From: Chlorobiota bacterium | Lineage (GTDB): Bacteria > Bacteroidota > Ignavibacteria > Kapaibacteriales > HRBIN21 | Assembly: GCA_039630485.1 (NCBI GenBank) | Contig: JBCNUX010000008.1 | Coordinates: 1-58,857 of the forward strand | Reading direction: 5' to 3' | Length of the DNA: 58,857 nucleotides | Shown here: positions 58,554 to 58,857 of the stretch, piece by piece | Layout of the letters: every line of letters starts with the position of its first letter | Position numbering within the stretch: position 1 is the stretch's first letter | Position numbers and translations under genes: made by a program | Notes under the pieces: generated by a model | Told to the model about the DNA's origin: nothing | Databases searched by the model: none | Seen by the model: only the letters and a program-made list of their open reading frames with translations

Positions 58554-58561
58554 CAAACTTA
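58554..58561 (-). promoter_or_regulatory. TAnnTTTG element (TAAGTTTG) upstream of glgP
   Basis: Exact match 32 nt before ATG 58521. Confidence 0.55.
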
Positions 58562-58671
58562 GGGCTAGGGGTAGCTCCCAGCCGAATGGGGAAGGGCATA
58601 GTTCGCTCGGGGTACCAGATACAGGACATGCCGCCGTAGTGTGGCTCCCCGCCGCGTGCCTTCTACGGAGC

Positions 58672-58857
58672 TCACCGGGGTCGCGAGGTAGAATGTAGGA
58701 GGCGCAACTCAGAGCGGAGGCGCTCGACTGTATCTCGGAGGCTGTCGATCTGGCTCTGCAAGAGGCGGAGGGAATCTCTCAACCGTTCCTCGGTCGTCGC
58801 CTGGGGCTGGAAGTAGTGCTGGAGCTCCTCTAGGGGTGAGGGGAGCAACAGCGAGTC
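58672..58857 (-). CDS. 3' end of a hypothetical protein with coiled-coil C-terminus; truncated by window edge
   Basis: Open frame ...EERLRDSLRLLQSQIDSLRDTVERLRSELRLLHSTSRPR* with heptad Leu pattern. Confidence 0.6.
   Translation of the reverse strand, partial: DSLLLPSPLEELQHYFQPQATTEERLRDSLRLLQSQIDSLRDTVERLRSELRLLHSTSRPR

Overview
Gene-dense, GC-rich (~60% by eye) bacterial chromosomal segment with about 50 CDS, mostly housekeeping (queA, uvrB, pyrG, mraZ-rsmH, murA, accC, gcvH, dapA, purB, nhaA, rsgA, hflX, glgP). Three secreted proteins with T9SS-like C-terminal sorting domains, a fused E1 alpha/beta 2-oxoacid dehydrogenase and recurrent TAnnTTTG promoter elements suggest an FCB-group organism, possibly Kapabacteria/Ignavibacteria-like (inference only). 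I saw no rRNA, tRNA, CRISPR array, transposase or prophage. The best leads are: (1) a LexA homologue that appears to lack the Ala-Gly cleavage site and Ser/Lys dyad, preceded by two palindromic boxes and divergent from an mraZ-rsmH pair detached from the dcw cluster; (2) a motB-fliW-csrA-receiver operon with no motA or flagellin in the window; (3) an insertion-bearing sodium:solute symporter coupled to a heparinase II/III-like exported protein; (4) a flippase/methyltransferase/2xGNAT/deacetylase cassette running into a TonB receptor; (5) a 58-aa two-TM gene missed by the ORF track. All product calls come from motif recognition by eye, with no database search. Many start codons were moved from the ORF track and are estimates.
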